Assembly: GCA_044229975.1 (NCBI GenBank)
Contig: JBGARZ010000003.1
Span: 416,001 to 480,000, forward strand
Source: Polyangiales bacterium
Lineage (GTDB): Bacteria; Myxococcota_A; Polyangia; Polyangiales; Ga0077539
DNA: 64,000 bases
Direction of reading: 5' to 3'
Shown here in pieces: positions 1-11,213 of the stretch; position 1 is the first letter of the stretch; every line of letters starts with the position of its first letter. Under the pieces are notes generated by a model that searched no databases, was not told the DNA's origin, and was given only the letters and a program-made list of their open reading frames with translations. A program made the translations under genes and the position numbers.

Positions 1-1
1 G

Positions 2-472
2 CGCTCGCGGGGCTACTCGCTCGCCGTCGCCGAGAGCTGCACGGGCGGGCTCATCGGCTCGATGCTGACGGCAGTGTCCGGGTCGAGCGACTACCTCCTC
101 CTCGACGCGGTGACCTACTCCAACGCCTCCAAGGAGCGCGTGCTCGGCGTCTCCACCGAGCTGCTGCTCGGGCACGGCGCGGTGTCGCGCGAGTGCGCGC
201 TCGCCATGGCCGCCGGAGCGCGACGCGTGACCGGAGCCGACCTCGCGCTCGCCGTGAGCGGCGTCGCGGGCCCCACCGGCGGCAGCGCGGAGAAGCCCGT
301 CGGGCTGGTGTTTCTCGCGGTGGAGAGCGCGGCGGGCGTCACCGAGCGGGTGGCGCGCTTCGAGGGCGACCGGGCGATGGTGCAGCGGCAGGCGGCGTAC
401 CTCGCGCTGGCGATGGTGCGCGAGGCGTGCGGCGGCCCGGTGCCCACGGCGCTCCCGTCCGTGTGCGGCTGA
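2..472 (+). CDS. cinA: CinA / nicotinamide-mononucleotide deamidase (PncC) C-terminal domain, 5'-truncated by the window edge
   Basis: In-frame upstream [37 protein letters not shown] motifs; cinA-thpR-recA synteny. Confidence 0.9.
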   Translation, partial: RSRGYSLAVAESCTGGLIGSMLTAVSGSSDYLLLDAVTYSNASKERVLGVSTELLLGHGAVSRECALAMAAGARRVTGADLALAVSGVAGPTGGSAEKPVGLVFLAVESAAGVTERVARFEGDRAMVQRQAAYLALAMVREACGGPVPTALPSVCG

Positions 473-482
473 GACGCGGGCG

Positions 483-1058
483 ATGGAGACCGTACGGGCG
501 TTCATCGGCTGCGTGCTCGACCTGGGTGCGACCCGCAAGGTGGTGGAGCTCTCGCGCGCCACCCGCTCGCTCGCCGAGGCGGCGGGCTGGGAGGCGCGCT
601 GGGTCCCCGCGCCCAACCTGCATTTCACGCTGCGTTTCCTGGGAGATATCGACCAGGGACTCGTCGAGCCCGTGGCCGAGGCGATGCGCTCCGTCGCGCG
701 CGCCACGCCCGCGTTGGTCGTGGGCGTCGGCGGCCTCGGCGCCTTCCCCGATCGCGATGCGCCGAGGGTCTTGTACGCCGAGGTGACGCGCGGCCACGAC
801 GCCCTCGCGCGCCTCGCCGGGCGCATCGAGACTGCGCTCGCAGCCATCGGTTTTGCGAAGGCCGAGCGGCCCTTCGTGGGGCACATGACGCTCGGGCGTG
901 TTCAGGTATCGCGCGGCGCGCTCGGCGCCGTCACGCCGCCCAATTCGGACTGCGGCGCGGGCACCGTCAACGCGGTCACGCTCTACCGGAGTGACCTGTT
1001 TTCCAGCGGCGCGGAGTACGTCACGCTCGCGCGCGCCCCTCTCGGCTCCGAGGGCTAG
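483..1058 (+). CDS. thpR: RNA 2',3'-cyclic phosphodiesterase (2H family)
   Basis: Two HxT motifs (NLHFTL, GHMTL), GAFP..PRVLY; lies between cinA and recA. Confidence 0.9.
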   Translation: METVRAFIGCVLDLGATRKVVELSRATRSLAEAAGWEARWVPAPNLHFTLRFLGDIDQGLVEPVAEAMRSVARATPALVVGVGGLGAFPDRDAPRVLYAEVTRGHDALARLAGRIETALAAIGFAKAERPFVGHMTLGRVQVSRGALGAVTPPNSDCGAGTVNAVTLYRSDLFSSGAEYVTLARAPLGSEG

Positions 1059-1193
1059 AAGACAGGATATGTCACCAGCATCGGGTGACGCTCTTGTGGT
1101 TTGTTCAGTAGCGGGCCATACATCGAGTCCGTGACGGGGCGCCGGTTGAGCGCCACCCCCCAACGACGCCACTGACTCACAGGAGAGACGACC

Positions 1194-2270
1194 ATGGATG
1201 ACAACCGCAAGAAGGCTCTTGAACTCGCTCTGCTCGGCATCGAGAAGCAGTACGGCAAGGGCGCCGTGATGCGCCTCGAGAGCGAATCGAAGGAGAAGCC
1301 GGACGTCGCGGTCATCGCGACGGGCTCGGTGTCGCTCGACATCGCGGTGGGCATCGGCGGCTATCCCCGCGGGCGCATCGTCGAGATCTACGGGCCGGAG
1401 AGCTCGGGCAAGACGACCCTCACGCTGCACGGCATCGCGGAGGCGCAGAAGGCCGGCGGGGTGTGCGCCTTCATCGACGCCGAGCACGCGCTCGATGTGA
1501 ACTACGCGCGCAAGCTCGGGGTGAAGGTCGACGAGTTGCTGGTGTCGCAGCCCGACAACGGCGAGCAGGCGCTGGAAATCGCCGACATGCTCATCCGCTC
1601 CGGCGCGGTCGACATGATCGTGGTCGACTCGGTGGCCGCGCTGGTGCCGAAGGCGGAGATCGAGGGCGAGATGGGCGAGCAGCTCCCCGGCCTCCAGGCG
1701 CGCCTCATGAGCCAGGCGCTGCGCAAGCTCACGGCGACGGTGCACCGCTCCAACGCGCTGCTGGTGTTCATCAACCAGATCCGCATGAAGATCGGCGTGA
1801 TGTTTGGCAACCCGGAGACCACCACGGGCGGCAACGCGCTGAAGTTCTACGCGTCGATGCGCCTCGACGTGCGCCGCATCGGTGCGTTGAAGAACGGTGA
1901 GACCGCCGTCGGCAACCGCACCAAGGTGAAGGTGGTGAAGAACAAGATGGCCGCCCCCTTCCGCGAGGTGGAGTTCGACATCCTCTACGGGCAGGGCATC
2001 TCGCGCACGGGCGACATCCTCGACATGGCCGCCGAGGCCGGCATCGTGGAGAAGGCCGGCGCCTGGTACTCGTACAAGGGCGAGCGCATCGGGCAGGGCC
2101 GCGAGGCCGCCAAGACCTTCATCGAGGAGCGCCCCGAGATGATGGCGAAGATCGAGCACGAGGTGCTCGTGAAGCACGGCGTCCGCAAGGCCACGACGAC
2201 CAACGGCGCCGCGACGGACAAGGTCACCGAGGCCGCCGCGAAGAAGGAGCGCCCGAAGGCGCAGGCCTGA
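1194..2270 (+). CDS. recA: Recombinase RecA
   Basis: GPESSGKTT Walker [35 protein letters not shown] upstream. Confidence 0.99.
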   Translation: MDDNRKKALELALLGIEKQYGKGAVMRLESESKEKPDVAVIATGSVSLDIAVGIGGYPRGRIVEIYGPESSGKTTLTLHGIAEAQKAGGVCAFIDAEHALDVNYARKLGVKVDELLVSQPDNGEQALEIADMLIRSGAVDMIVVDSVAALVPKAEIEGEMGEQLPGLQARLMSQALRKLTATVHRSNALLVFINQIRMKIGVMFGNPETTTGGNALKFYASMRLDVRRIGALKNGETAVGNRTKVKVVKNKMAAPFREVEFDILYGQGISRTGDILDMAAEAGIVEKAGAWYSYKGERIGQGREAAKTFIEERPEMMAKIEHEVLVKHGVRKATTTNGAATDKVTEAAAKKERPKAQA

Positions 2271-2276
2271 TCGACG

Positions 2277-3263
2277 GTGCTCGCACTCGCGCGACACGCC
2301 GGGGCAGCGCGGTGGGGCCGATGGCTCCTGCTGGTCTCCCTCGGCGCGTCGACCGGGTGCCCTGCCCGTCATGTGACTCCGTCACGCGCCACAACCTCAC
2401 CGCCCGCTCAGCGCGCCTGTCCCACCAGTCTCCGCGCGCTCATCCCGCCTACCTTTCAACAATGGGTGTGGCTCCGCCCGAGGGCGCTCTTCGAACACCC
2501 CCAACTCGGGCCGCTGCTCGCGCAGATCAACCGCGACGCGGGCGAGCGGGCGCTGCTCGACGAGGCCGCGCGGGTCGGTGTCGACCTGCGCACCATCGAC
2601 CGATCGCTGTACATCAGCCGCGGGGGTGGCGCGTCACTGGCCATCGCGGCGGGTGCCTTCGACGCCCGCCGGGTCATCGACCTGCATTGGGAGCGCATGC
2701 TGCCGCCGCAGCGACGCGGCGACGCGGCGCGCGGCGAGACCCGCATCGAGGGGATGCTCGGCGGTCGCTCGGTCGCCATCGCCACGGACGCCACATGCGG
2801 GCTCATCGGGCGGGCCGAGCGCGAACCGCGGCTCGTCGATCGGGTGCTCGACGATCGGCGCGCGACCGCGGGTGAGGGCGACCCGCCGGAGATGATTCGC
2901 TGGCACGTCGAGGGCGCGCCCACCGAGCTCGGGGTCACGGCGCCCGATGCGCTGACGGCGTCGCTGCGGTGGTTCGAGCTGCGCGCCGATCCCGACACGG
3001 ACGGACTTCGGGTGGTGGTGGTGATGGCCGGGCCGCTGCCCGACGACACGCCCACGCGCATGACGAGGATGCTCACGGAGATGGCCGCGAGCGGCGTGGG
3101 TCGGGCCATCGGGGCCGACGAGTGGTTGACCCCGACGACGTCACAGTGGTCGCGCGAGGGTGATGCGTGGCGCGGGACGGTGGTCGTTCCGTGGCGGGGA
3201 TTGCGGGCGTTTGCGTCGCTCACGGCGGGCGCGGTCGTCGTGCCAACCCGACAGGAACTTTGA
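2277..3263 (+). CDS. Hypothetical lipoprotein
   Basis: Hydrophobic N-terminus ending STGC (lipobox-like); starts 7 bp after recA. Confidence 0.6.
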   Translation: MLALARHAGAARWGRWLLLVSLGASTGCPARHVTPSRATTSPPAQRACPTSLRALIPPTFQQWVWLRPRALFEHPQLGPLLAQINRDAGERALLDEAARVGVDLRTIDRSLYISRGGGASLAIAAGAFDARRVIDLHWERMLPPQRRGDAARGETRIEGMLGGRSVAIATDATCGLIGRAEREPRLVDRVLDDRRATAGEGDPPEMIRWHVEGAPTELGVTAPDALTASLRWFELRADPDTDGLRVVVVMAGPLPDDTPTRMTRMLTEMAASGVGRAIGADEWLTPTTSQWSREGDAWRGTVVVPWRGLRAFASLTAGAVVVPTRQEL

Positions 3264-3438
3264 CGCGTCGCGTGGAGCGTGATAGCTCCTTCAGGCTGCG
3301 GTGATGGCGAAGCAGCCCCACGCACCTCAACCAGAGATGGTGCTTCTGCTTCCTCAAAACAACGATTCACCACGGACCGGGAGCGGTACCCTTCGAGCAG
3401 GGACCGTATCAACGGCTGACGCGCGGAGGACAAGCGGG

Positions 3439-3942
3439 ATGCAATCGAGCTTCCAGGTTGGCGACAACGCGGTACACCCGGCCCACGGGCTGGGCGAGGT
3501 TACGGGCATCGAGCGAAGGGAGATCGCCGGCGCGACGAAGGCCTTCTACGTCGTGAAGATCCTCGAGACGGGGATGCGAGTGATGGTGCCGACGCAGACG
3601 TCGGACTCGGTCGGGCTGCGCACGGTGATGTCCCGCGTCGACGCCGACGCGGTGATGGACGTCTTCCGCACCAGCGACAAGGCCGTCGGCGCGGGACCGT
3701 GGAACCGTCGTCAGCGCGCCTACAACGAGATGATCAAGAGCGGCTCGCCGCAGGAGGTCGCCAAGGTGTTGCGCGACCTGTACCGCATCAAGTTCAACAG
3801 CGAGAAAGACCTCTCGTACGGCGAGCGTCGTTTGATGGACCAGGCCCGCGGCCTCCTCTTCAAGGAGCTCGCGATGGCCCGCGTCATCACCGAGGCGCAG
3901 ATCGAGCAGGAGATCGAAGCGATCTTCGCCCGCGCGAGCTGA
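3439..3942 (+). CDS. carD: CarD/CdnL-family RNA polymerase-binding regulator
   Basis: FQVGDNAVHPAHGLGEV, W-N-R-R, K.LSYGERRLM; RBS GGAGGA before ATG 3439; no HMGA tail, so CdnL-like. Confidence 0.92.
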   Translation: MQSSFQVGDNAVHPAHGLGEVTGIERREIAGATKAFYVVKILETGMRVMVPTQTSDSVGLRTVMSRVDADAVMDVFRTSDKAVGAGPWNRRQRAYNEMIKSGSPQEVAKVLRDLYRIKFNSEKDLSYGERRLMDQARGLLFKELAMARVITEAQIEQEIEAIFARAS

Positions 3943-3988
3943 CGTCTCCTCCCTCTCCCCTCCTCACCCCCAGCGCACAACCCTCCTC

Positions 3989-5434
3989 GTGACGTCGGAA
4001 GCCACCCGGTCCTTGCGACCCCTGGAGTGGCTGGCCGTCTCGGTGGTCGCCCTCGCGGCGCTCTGCGCGCTGCGACTCGCAACCCTCGACACCCCGTACT
4101 GGTGGGACGCCGGGGCCGTCTACGCGCCCGGTGCGAAGTGGCTCCTCGACCACGGCTTCGACGCCCGCCCCGCGGTCTTCCCCAGCGACCTCGGGCGCGG
4201 CCACACGCCGCTCTTCTACCTCATCACCGCCTTCGCCTATCGCCTCGCCGGCGCGACGCCCGTCACCGGCCACGCGGTGGTCCTCGGCTTCGCGACGATG
4301 GCCCTCGCGTACACCTACGCGCTCGGCGCCTGGCTCCATGGTCGCCTTGCCGGCGCGGCCGCTGCGGTGCTGCTCGTCGTCACGCCGCTGTACCTCACCA
4401 TGTCGTCCGAGACGCTGCCCGAGGTGCCGCTCACGGCGCTCACCGTCGCGTCGCTCTACGCCTTCGCCCGCGGCCGCTTTCGCGAGAGCGCCCTCTGGGG
4501 CTGCGCCCTCGTGCTCATCAAGGAGACCGGCGTCGCGTGCCCGCTCGCGATCCTCGGCGCGCTCACCCTCGACGCGTGGCGCACCCGTGACTTCGTCGCC
4601 TACGCCCGACGCGCGGCGCTCGCGGCGACGCCCCTCGCGGCGCTGCTGGCGTTCTTCGTGTGGCAGCGCGTCGCCGAGGGCTGGTGGGTGCTGCCCTACC
4701 ACGCGGGCCTCTTCCACGAGCGGCACTCGCTCGCGGGGCAGTTGGTGCGCGTCGCGCGGTCGATCTTCGTCGTCGACGGTCGCGCGCTGCTGGTCGCGGC
4801 CGCCCTCGTCGCCTTCGTCGTGCGGCGAGCCCGCGGTGAGCGTGTCGACGACCCGCGACACGCCTCCACGGTGACGGCGGTCGTGCTCGTCGCGGCGGCC
4901 AACCTCGTGTTCTTCACCAAGATGTTCTTCCTGGAGCGGTACGTCCTCCCGGCGCACCCGGGCTTGCTGGTGCTCGCCGCGGGCGCGCTCTTCCCGGCAC
5001 GCGCGCCCGCTCCCGCCCGCGTAGGCGCCGTGGGTGTGGTGGCGCTCTGCGCGGCCCTCGCGCTCGCCAACCGAACGAGCGGCGACACCTACGCGAGCGG
5101 CGAGCTGACCTTCGCGTACCTGCGCGCGGTGCGTGTGCACCAGCAGCTCTTCCGCGCGATGGAGGCGCGCGGCGGTGACCCTGCGATTCTCACGTCGTGG
5201 CCGATGACCGACGAGCTGCGGCACCCATTTCTCGGTTGGGTGTCGCGGCCTCACCGCGCCATCAGCCTGGAGTGGCACCGCCTCACCAACGAGCGCCAAC
5301 CCATCGACGCCGTCGTGGTCTTCGACGGCATCGGAGGCGCCGAGGCCCTACGCCGCGAGGCCCGCGAGCGGGGCTTCCACGTCATTCGTCGAGAGCAGAT
5401 CCGGTCGGCGTCGATCGAGTGGTGGGGTCGCTGA
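3989..5434 (+). CDS. GT-C fold membrane glycosyltransferase (ArnT/PMT-like)
   Basis: Many TM segments, YWWDA, GHTPLFY, PEVP, LIKETG, ERYVLP. Confidence 0.75.
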   Translation: MTSEATRSLRPLEWLAVSVVALAALCALRLATLDTPYWWDAGAVYAPGAKWLLDHGFDARPAVFPSDLGRGHTPLFYLITAFAYRLAGATPVTGHAVVLGFATMALAYTYALGAWLHGRLAGAAAAVLLVVTPLYLTMSSETLPEVPLTALTVASLYAFARGRFRESALWGCALVLIKETGVACPLAILGALTLDAWRTRDFVAYARRAALAATPLAALLAFFVWQRVAEGWWVLPYHAGLFHERHSLAGQLVRVARSIFVVDGRALLVAAALVAFVVRRARGERVDDPRHASTVTAVVLVAAANLVFFTKMFFLERYVLPAHPGLLVLAAGALFPARAPAPARVGAVGVVALCAALALANRTSGDTYASGELTFAYLRAVRVHQQLFRAMEARGGDPAILTSWPMTDELRHPFLGWVSRPHRAISLEWHRLTNERQPIDAVVVFDGIGGAEALRREARERGFHVIRREQIRSASIEWWGR

Positions 5435-6212
5435 TCACGGTGCCTTCGGTCCACGCGTCGAGAGTGCGGCCGCCATGCTCGAAGAGCGCCGACCGAACGA
5501 TCCCCCGCCGGTGCAGCACCAGCCGCGACGCCGACTGAAGGCACCCGAGGCCGTACTTCACGCCGGGCAGGAAGGTGATGGTCGACATCTCGTCGAAGTA
5601 GTGCGCCGGGCACGACACCTCGCCGATGGGCAGCCCGAAGTGGATCGCCTGCGCCAGCAGCTCGTTGTCGAAGACGAAGTCGTTGCGATTGTCGGCCAGC
5701 GGAAGCTCGCGCAGCGCCCGCGCGGAGAAGGCCCGGTAGCCCGTGTGGTACTCGCTGAGCCCCGCGCCGAGCATCGCGTTTTCCACCCCGGTGAGGCAGC
5801 GGTTGGCCACGTACTTCCAGCGCGGCATGCCGCCCTTCAACGCGCCACGCACAAGCATCCGCGACCCGAGCACCACGTCGTAGCCGCCATAGGCCACCAT
5901 CGACGCCATCGCGGGGACGAGCTCGGGCTTGTACTGGAAGTCGGGGTGCACCATCACCACCACGTCGGCGCCACGACGGAGCGCCTCGCGGTAGCCGGTC
6001 TTCTGCCCGGCGCCGTAGCCGAGGTTGCGGCCGTGCGCGACGACCGTGAGGCCGAGCGAGCGGGCGACCTCGATGCTGCCGTCGTCGCTGCCATCGTCGA
6101 CGTAGAGCGTGACGTCGACGATGCCGGGAGGGATGTGGGCGACCGTTCGTTCGAGCGTGCGAGCGACGCGCAGCCCGGGCATCACCACCGCGATCTTGTT
6201 GCCGTTGAGCAT
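5382..6212 (-). CDS. GT2 glycosyltransferase (polyprenol-phosphate glycosyltransferase-like)
   Basis: MLNGNKIAVVMP, VDDGSDDGS, NLGYGAGQK, HPDFQY, VLGSR, EYHTGYRAFS. Confidence 0.9.
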   Translation of the reverse strand: MLNGNKIAVVMPGLRVARTLERTVAHIPPGIVDVTLYVDDGSDDGSIEVARSLGLTVVAHGRNLGYGAGQKTGYREALRRGADVVVMVHPDFQYKPELVPAMASMVAYGGYDVVLGSRMLVRGALKGGMPRWKYVANRCLTGVENAMLGAGLSEYHTGYRAFSARALRELPLADNRNDFVFDNELLAQAIHFGLPIGEVSCPAHYFDEMSTITFLPGVKYGLGCLQSASRLVLHRRGIVRSALFEHGGRTLDAWTEGTVISDPTTRSTPTGSALDE

Positions 6213-6287
6213 GGGGTTGGAGGCCGCGGACGCTATCACAGCGGCGACGCTTCCCTCCGCGCGGGGGTTTGTTAGGCTCGCGCGCAG

Positions 6288-7295
6288 ATGGCCGCGACGG
6301 TCTTCATCACCGGGGTTGCCGGCTTCCTGGGGAGCCACCTCGCCGACCATTTCCTCGCGCGGGGCCACCGCGTCGTCGGGTGCGACAACCTGCTCGGCGG
6401 CTACGTGGACAACGTGCCGAGCGGCGTCGAGTTTCACGAGGTCGACTGCAACGACCTCGACGGGATGAAGGCCATCACCCGCGACGCCGAGGTGGTGTTT
6501 CACTGCGCGGCGACGGCCTACGAGGGCATCTCGGTCTTCAGCCCGACGGTCATCACGCGCCACGTCGTAGGCGCCTCGGTGGCGACGTTTACCGCCGCCA
6601 TCGCCAACCGCGCGCGGCGCATCGTCTACTGCTCGTCGATGGCGCGGTACGGGGCCAACGAGGTCCCGTTTCGCGAGGAGATGACGCTCAAGCCGCAAGA
6701 CCCGTACGGCATCGGCAAGTACACGGGCGAGCTGCTGCTGCGAAACCTCTGCGAGGTGCACGGCGTCGAGTTTGTCGTCGCGGTGCCGCACAACATCATC
6801 GGCCCGCGGCAGAAGTACGACGACCCGTACCGCAACGTGGCCAGCATCATGGTCAACCGCATGCTGCGCGGCGAGCAGCCCGTGATCTACGGCGACGGGT
6901 CGCAGAAGCGCTGCTTCAGCTATGTGCTCGACGTGGTGCCCTGCCTCGCGCGACTCGCGTTCGATCCGGACGTCTGCGGTGAGGTGTTCAATGTCGGGCC
7001 CGACGAGGAGTTTGTGTCGGTGCTCGAACTCGCGCGCACGCTCGCGCGGCTGCTCGACTTCGACCTGCACCCCATCTTCGTGCCCGAGCGGCCGCAGGAG
7101 GTGCACCTCGCGACGTGCTCATCGGACAAGGCCCGCGCGCGGCTGGGTTACGAGACCCGGTATTCGCTGGAGCAGGGCCTCACCGCCCTCATCGGGTACA
7201 TCCGCGACCGCGGGCCGCGGCCGTTCGCGTATCACCTCGACCTGGAGATCGTGAACGAGCGCACGCCCGAGACGTGGTCGAAGCGGCTGATCTAA
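6288..7295 (+). CDS. NAD-dependent nucleotide-sugar epimerase/dehydratase
   Basis: TGVAGFLGS, SSMARYG, YGIGK (YxxxK), YGDGSQKRCF. Confidence 0.92.
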   Translation: MAATVFITGVAGFLGSHLADHFLARGHRVVGCDNLLGGYVDNVPSGVEFHEVDCNDLDGMKAITRDAEVVFHCAATAYEGISVFSPTVITRHVVGASVATFTAAIANRARRIVYCSSMARYGANEVPFREEMTLKPQDPYGIGKYTGELLLRNLCEVHGVEFVVAVPHNIIGPRQKYDDPYRNVASIMVNRMLRGEQPVIYGDGSQKRCFSYVLDVVPCLARLAFDPDVCGEVFNVGPDEEFVSVLELARTLARLLDFDLHPIFVPERPQEVHLATCSSDKARARLGYETRYSLEQGLTALIGYIRDRGPRPFAYHLDLEIVNERTPETWSKRLI

Positions 7296-7537
7296 CCGCC
7301 AGCGACCGGCGGAATCACCGCCACCTCGTCCCCGTCGCCCAACGCCCGATCGTCGCGTGCGTACTCACCGTTGACGGCGAACCGCAGCGACCGTGCGTGT
7401 GCCGCGAGCGCCGGATAGCGCGCGAAGAGCCCGTCGCGCAGCACCGCCACCGTCGCGCCCGACGGCACCATCCACGAGAACTCCCCCTCACCCACGACCT
7501 CGCGCGCGGCCGCGAAGCACAGCACCCGCACGGTCAT
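7292..7537 (-). CDS. moaD: Molybdopterin synthase sulfur carrier
   Basis: FAAAREVVG, AVNGEY, C-terminal IPPVAGG. Confidence 0.9.
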   Translation of the reverse strand: MTVRVLCFAAAREVVGEGEFSWMVPSGATVAVLRDGLFARYPALAAHARSLRFAVNGEYARDDRALGDGDEVAVIPPVAGG

Positions 7538-7551
7538 CTCGCCCGCCACGA

Positions 7552-8760
7552 TCAGGCGTCCTGCAGGCGCACGCAGCGCACCGTGGCGCCCGCGTCGAGG
7601 TGCGTGACGTCGGCCTCGACCTCGGCCAGCGCGTCGGCCCACGCGAAGCCCGTGAAGGCCCCGGACTGCTGGTTGTCGAGCGGCGTCACCGTGGGCAGCG
7701 GTCGCGTCGTCTCATCCAATCGCACGCGCAGGAATTCCTTCCGTCCCGGGGCCCGCGTGATGGTCCGCGAGAGCGTCGCGTCGAAGCGCGCTCCCATCGG
7801 CCGCGTGTCACCTTGAAGCGCCCGCAAGAGCGGCGCCCCGAAGAGCAGAAACGTGAGCATCGCCGACGCCGGATTGCCCGGCAGTCCCAGCACCCGCACC
7901 CCCGACGGTGAGCGACCGAGGCACAGCGGCTTGCCCGGCTTGATGGCCACGCGCCAGAAGTCGAGCGCGACCCCTTCGGCCGTCAGCGCCTCGCGCACCA
8001 CGTCGTGATCGCCGACGCTCACCCCGCCCACCGACAACACCAGGTCGGCGCCACGCAACGCGCTCTGCACCGTCGCCCGAACCGCCGCGAGGTCGTCGCC
8101 CACCGTGGGCTCGACACGCGCCACGCCACCGCACGCCGTGACCACCGCGGCGAGGCCGGGGCCGTTGACGTCGACGATGCTCCCACGACGAGGCGCAGCG
8201 CCGGCGTCACGGAGCTCGTCGCCCGTGAGGACGATGGACACCACCGGGCGGCGGGACACCGAGACGCGCAACGCCTCGACGCCCGCCAGGAGGGGGATGT
8301 GGAAGGGGGTGAGGCGGGTTCCGGCGGAGAGCACTCGAGCGCCGGGAGAGAGGTCGCTGCCGACGCGGTGCACCGACGTCCATGGAGCCACCGCGCGGGT
8401 GAAGCGCGCGACGTCGCCCTCGCGGGTGACCTCCTCCTGCATCACCACCGCGTCGGCGCCTTCGGGCAACGGGGCGCCCGTGAAGATGCGCTGGGTGGTT
8501 CCCGCGACGAGCGCGTCGGGCCAGCGACCACCGGCCGCGGACTCACCCGCCACGGGCAGCGCGCAGGGTGCACCCGCGAGGTCGGCGACGCGCACCGCAT
8601 AACCGTCCATCGTGCTGCGATCGAAGGCCGGAACCGACGCCGTCGCGATCACGTCCGCCGCCAGCACGCGGCCAATCGCAGACGCGAGGTCGACGCGCTC
8701 CACCCCCGCGACAGCAACGTCGGCGAGCACCCGCGCGAGGGCTTCTTCGTACGAAAGCAT
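7552..8760 (-). CDS. moeA: Molybdopterin molybdotransferase
   Basis: PAFDRSTMDGYAV, IFTGAPLP, TGDEL, GGVSVGDHD, IKPGKP, LPGNP. Confidence 0.95.
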   Translation of the reverse strand: MLSYEEALARVLADVAVAGVERVDLASAIGRVLAADVIATASVPAFDRSTMDGYAVRVADLAGAPCALPVAGESAAGGRWPDALVAGTTQRIFTGAPLPEGADAVVMQEEVTREGDVARFTRAVAPWTSVHRVGSDLSPGARVLSAGTRLTPFHIPLLAGVEALRVSVSRRPVVSIVLTGDELRDAGAAPRRGSIVDVNGPGLAAVVTACGGVARVEPTVGDDLAAVRATVQSALRGADLVLSVGGVSVGDHDVVREALTAEGVALDFWRVAIKPGKPLCLGRSPSGVRVLGLPGNPASAMLTFLLFGAPLLRALQGDTRPMGARFDATLSRTITRAPGRKEFLRVRLDETTRPLPTVTPLDNQQSGAFTGFAWADALAEVEADVTHLDAGATVRCVRLQDA

Positions 8761-9264
8761 CTACGGCTTCTCCGCGGGCGTTTGCAGCAGCGCCACCATG
8801 TGACCGAGCGTCGGCCCGAGCACCGCGTCGACGGCCAGCGCCACGGCCTTCGGGCTGCCCGGCAGCATCGCGAGCACCCTCCCCCGCGCTACGCCCGCCA
8901 CCGCGCGCGACAAGATCGAGCGCGCCCCGACCTGCTCCCACGACAGCCGACGAAAGGCCTCGCCGAAGCCGTCGAGGGTCTTCTCCAACAGCGGCGCCAA
9001 CGCCTCGATGGTCTGGTCGCGCGGGGCGATGCCCGTCCCTCCCGTCGTCACCACGGCGTCGATGTCCTTCGTCGCGAGCAGCGCCTCCACGGCCGCGCGG
9101 ATGGACGCCCGGTCGTCGGTCACGCGCGTGTGCGAGACCACCGTGGCGCCCGCCGCGCGCAGCCGCTCGCCCAGCAGCGCGCCACCCGCATCGTCCGTGG
9201 CCGTGCGGGTGTCGCTGATGGTCAGGGTCGCGACGCGAGGCGCGGTGCTTCCCTGGTGGGCCAT
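8761..9264 (-). CDS. moaB: Molybdopterin adenylyltransferase (MoaB/MogA family)
   Basis: TISDTR, TTGGTGIAPRDQT, GFGEAFR, SRAVAG, LPGSPKAV. Confidence 0.92.
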   Translation of the reverse strand: MAHQGSTAPRVATLTISDTRTATDDAGGALLGERLRAAGATVVSHTRVTDDRASIRAAVEALLATKDIDAVVTTGGTGIAPRDQTIEALAPLLEKTLDGFGEAFRRLSWEQVGARSILSRAVAGVARGRVLAMLPGSPKAVALAVDAVLGPTLGHMVALLQTPAEKP

Positions 9265-9268
9265 CGGC

Positions 9269-11164
9269 TCAGAGTCCGATGCGGATGGCGCGTGTCGCTT
9301 CCGAGGGTGGGAGCTTCACCCAGACCCAGCGCGTCGACGGCTCCACCCAGAAGCCCGTCGTGGCCGCGTCGAAGGCCGCGCGGTCGGCGACGCTCGTGAG
9401 CGCCGTCCCACCGACCGTCACCGTGCGAGCGCCCGCGTCGAAGCGGACGCGGAGGTGCACCGGCGTGGTCACCGGGCCGAGGCTGATGTCCACGCCGTCG
9501 AGCGCCCGCGCGGCGGTCACTGCGCTGCGGGTCGCGCCTTCGTGCAGGTAGAAGGTCGCGCTCGTGACGTCGGGGTACACGAGGATGGTGAGCGCGCCGC
9601 GCGAGGCGGCGGTGCCGAAGCCGAGCGAGGCGTCTTCGAGGTTGAGCGGGATGATGGAGCCCGAGCGGATCCACAGCGGGATCTGCTGGAGGTTCTCGTA
9701 CATCTGGTTTTCGAGCGTTCGGCCGCCCGCGAACGACGGCGCGTCCATGTCCCACCAGTTGAACCACTCGCCGGTCGGGATGGTGATGTTGCGGCGATTG
9801 GTCGCGTCGAGGATGGGCGCCACGAGGAAGGCCGGGCCCAGCTGGTAGGTGTAGTTGCGGGGCCAGTTACCCATCAACCCGACCGGGCGGATGATGGGCG
9901 GCGCGTTGCCCGCGTACGCCTCTTCAGCGAGCGCGTAGAGGTACGGCACCAGCGCGTGGTGGAGCTTCGCGTAGTAGCGGTAGATGGGCAGCAGCTCGTC
10001 GCCGCGAGCGGGCAGCGTCCACGGCGTGAGGTTGCCGCGACCGTGGAGCTGCATGAAGGGGCTGAGCGCGCTCACGGCCGTCCAGCGGGCGAAGTTCACC
10101 GGGTCGAAGGGGATGAAGGTCTCCAGCGCGCGGTCGTCGCGGTCGAGGTATCCGCCGAGGTCGGAGCCCACCATCACGTAGCCCGCCGCGGCCGAGCGGA
10201 ACGTGTGGTCGAGCGCGTCTTCGAGGCCGATCCAGTCGCGGCGGTTGTCGCCCACCCACGCCACCGGCGCGTGCTCCCGGCGCGCGAAGAACCTCCCCGC
10301 GAACTGGTACGACTCGTCCCAGGGGCGAACCATCGTCACGAAGTCCCGGCCGCGGCGCTGCACGCCGTACGCGAGGAAGTCGCGGTAGTACGCTTCGCTG
10401 TACTCCTGGTGGGGGTGGTTGCCGTCCGACGAGCGCACCTGCTCGGTGGTGATGTAGCTCTCGCCGAAGTCGAGCTTCCAGCCGTCGATGCCCGCGTCGA
10501 GCACGAGGTTCTGCTGCTGGTGCCACCACGTCGTGGCGCGCGGGTTGAAGAAGTCGACGCCCGCGCCGCGGCCCTTCCACCACGTAAAGAGCTGCCCCTC
10601 GTTGACGTAGAAGTTGCAGAACAACCCCTCGCGGAAGTTGGGCGACTCGCCGCGGTAGATGTCCCCGCCCATCTCCAGGTCGTAGCCCGACTGGTTCACC
10701 ATCTGGGTGGTCCAGAGGATGATCTTCACGCCCCGCATGTGGAGGTCGGTCACGAGCTGGTTGAAGTTGGGGTAGCGCGAGGGGTTGGGGACGAAGGTGT
10801 TGTAGTGCGTCTCCCACGGGCTATCGAGCACCACGGCGCCCACGGGGATGTCGCGCTCGCGGAAGCCGTCGACGAAGGCGTAGGTGTCGGCGGTGGTGGA
10901 GATGTCCTTGGAGATCCAGGGCTCGAAGGCCCAGCGCGCCGTGTGGATGGCCGGCACCGGGACATCATCGACGGCAGCGTCCCAGGTGCACGTGCCCGCG
11001 TCCTCGGGCGGCGCGACGTCCTCGACGACGGTGCCAGCGTCCGAGGCGTCGCCCGCGTCGGCGCGTCCGAGGTCGTTGGTCGCGGCGTCGTGGGTGGAGG
11101 GGCTTGCGTCGTCGCAGCCGAGGGCCGCGAAGGCGGCGATGGGGAGAAGGGTCCAGGCGCGCAT
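9269..11164 (-). CDS. Glycoside hydrolase family 31 lipoprotein
   Basis: Lipobox AALGC, DSPW, GWKLDFGE (nucleophile), WVGD (acid/base), GSDLGGY, FLVAPI. Confidence 0.85.
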   Translation of the reverse strand: MRAWTLLPIAAFAALGCDDASPSTHDAATNDLGRADAGDASDAGTVVEDVAPPEDAGTCTWDAAVDDVPVPAIHTARWAFEPWISKDISTTADTYAFVDGFRERDIPVGAVVLDSPWETHYNTFVPNPSRYPNFNQLVTDLHMRGVKIILWTTQMVNQSGYDLEMGGDIYRGESPNFREGLFCNFYVNEGQLFTWWKGRGAGVDFFNPRATTWWHQQQNLVLDAGIDGWKLDFGESYITTEQVRSSDGNHPHQEYSEAYYRDFLAYGVQRRGRDFVTMVRPWDESYQFAGRFFARREHAPVAWVGDNRRDWIGLEDALDHTFRSAAAGYVMVGSDLGGYLDRDDRALETFIPFDPVNFARWTAVSALSPFMQLHGRGNLTPWTLPARGDELLPIYRYYAKLHHALVPYLYALAEEAYAGNAPPIIRPVGLMGNWPRNYTYQLGPAFLVAPILDATNRRNITIPTGEWFNWWDMDAPSFAGGRTLENQMYENLQQIPLWIRSGSIIPLNLEDASLGFGTAASRGALTILVYPDVTSATFYLHEGATRSAVTAARALDGVDISLGPVTTPVHLRVRFDAGARTVTVGGTALTSVADRAAFDAATTGFWVEPSTRWVWVKLPPSEATRAIRIGL

Positions 11165-11213
11165 CGGGGGCTCTCTCGTCGGTGGCCGCGTCGGTCGCGA
11201 CCGCCATGGAAGG

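Noticed and set aside
1093..1108. Possible Myxococcus-type LexA box before recA
   Set aside because: Only the GTTCAG half-site matches
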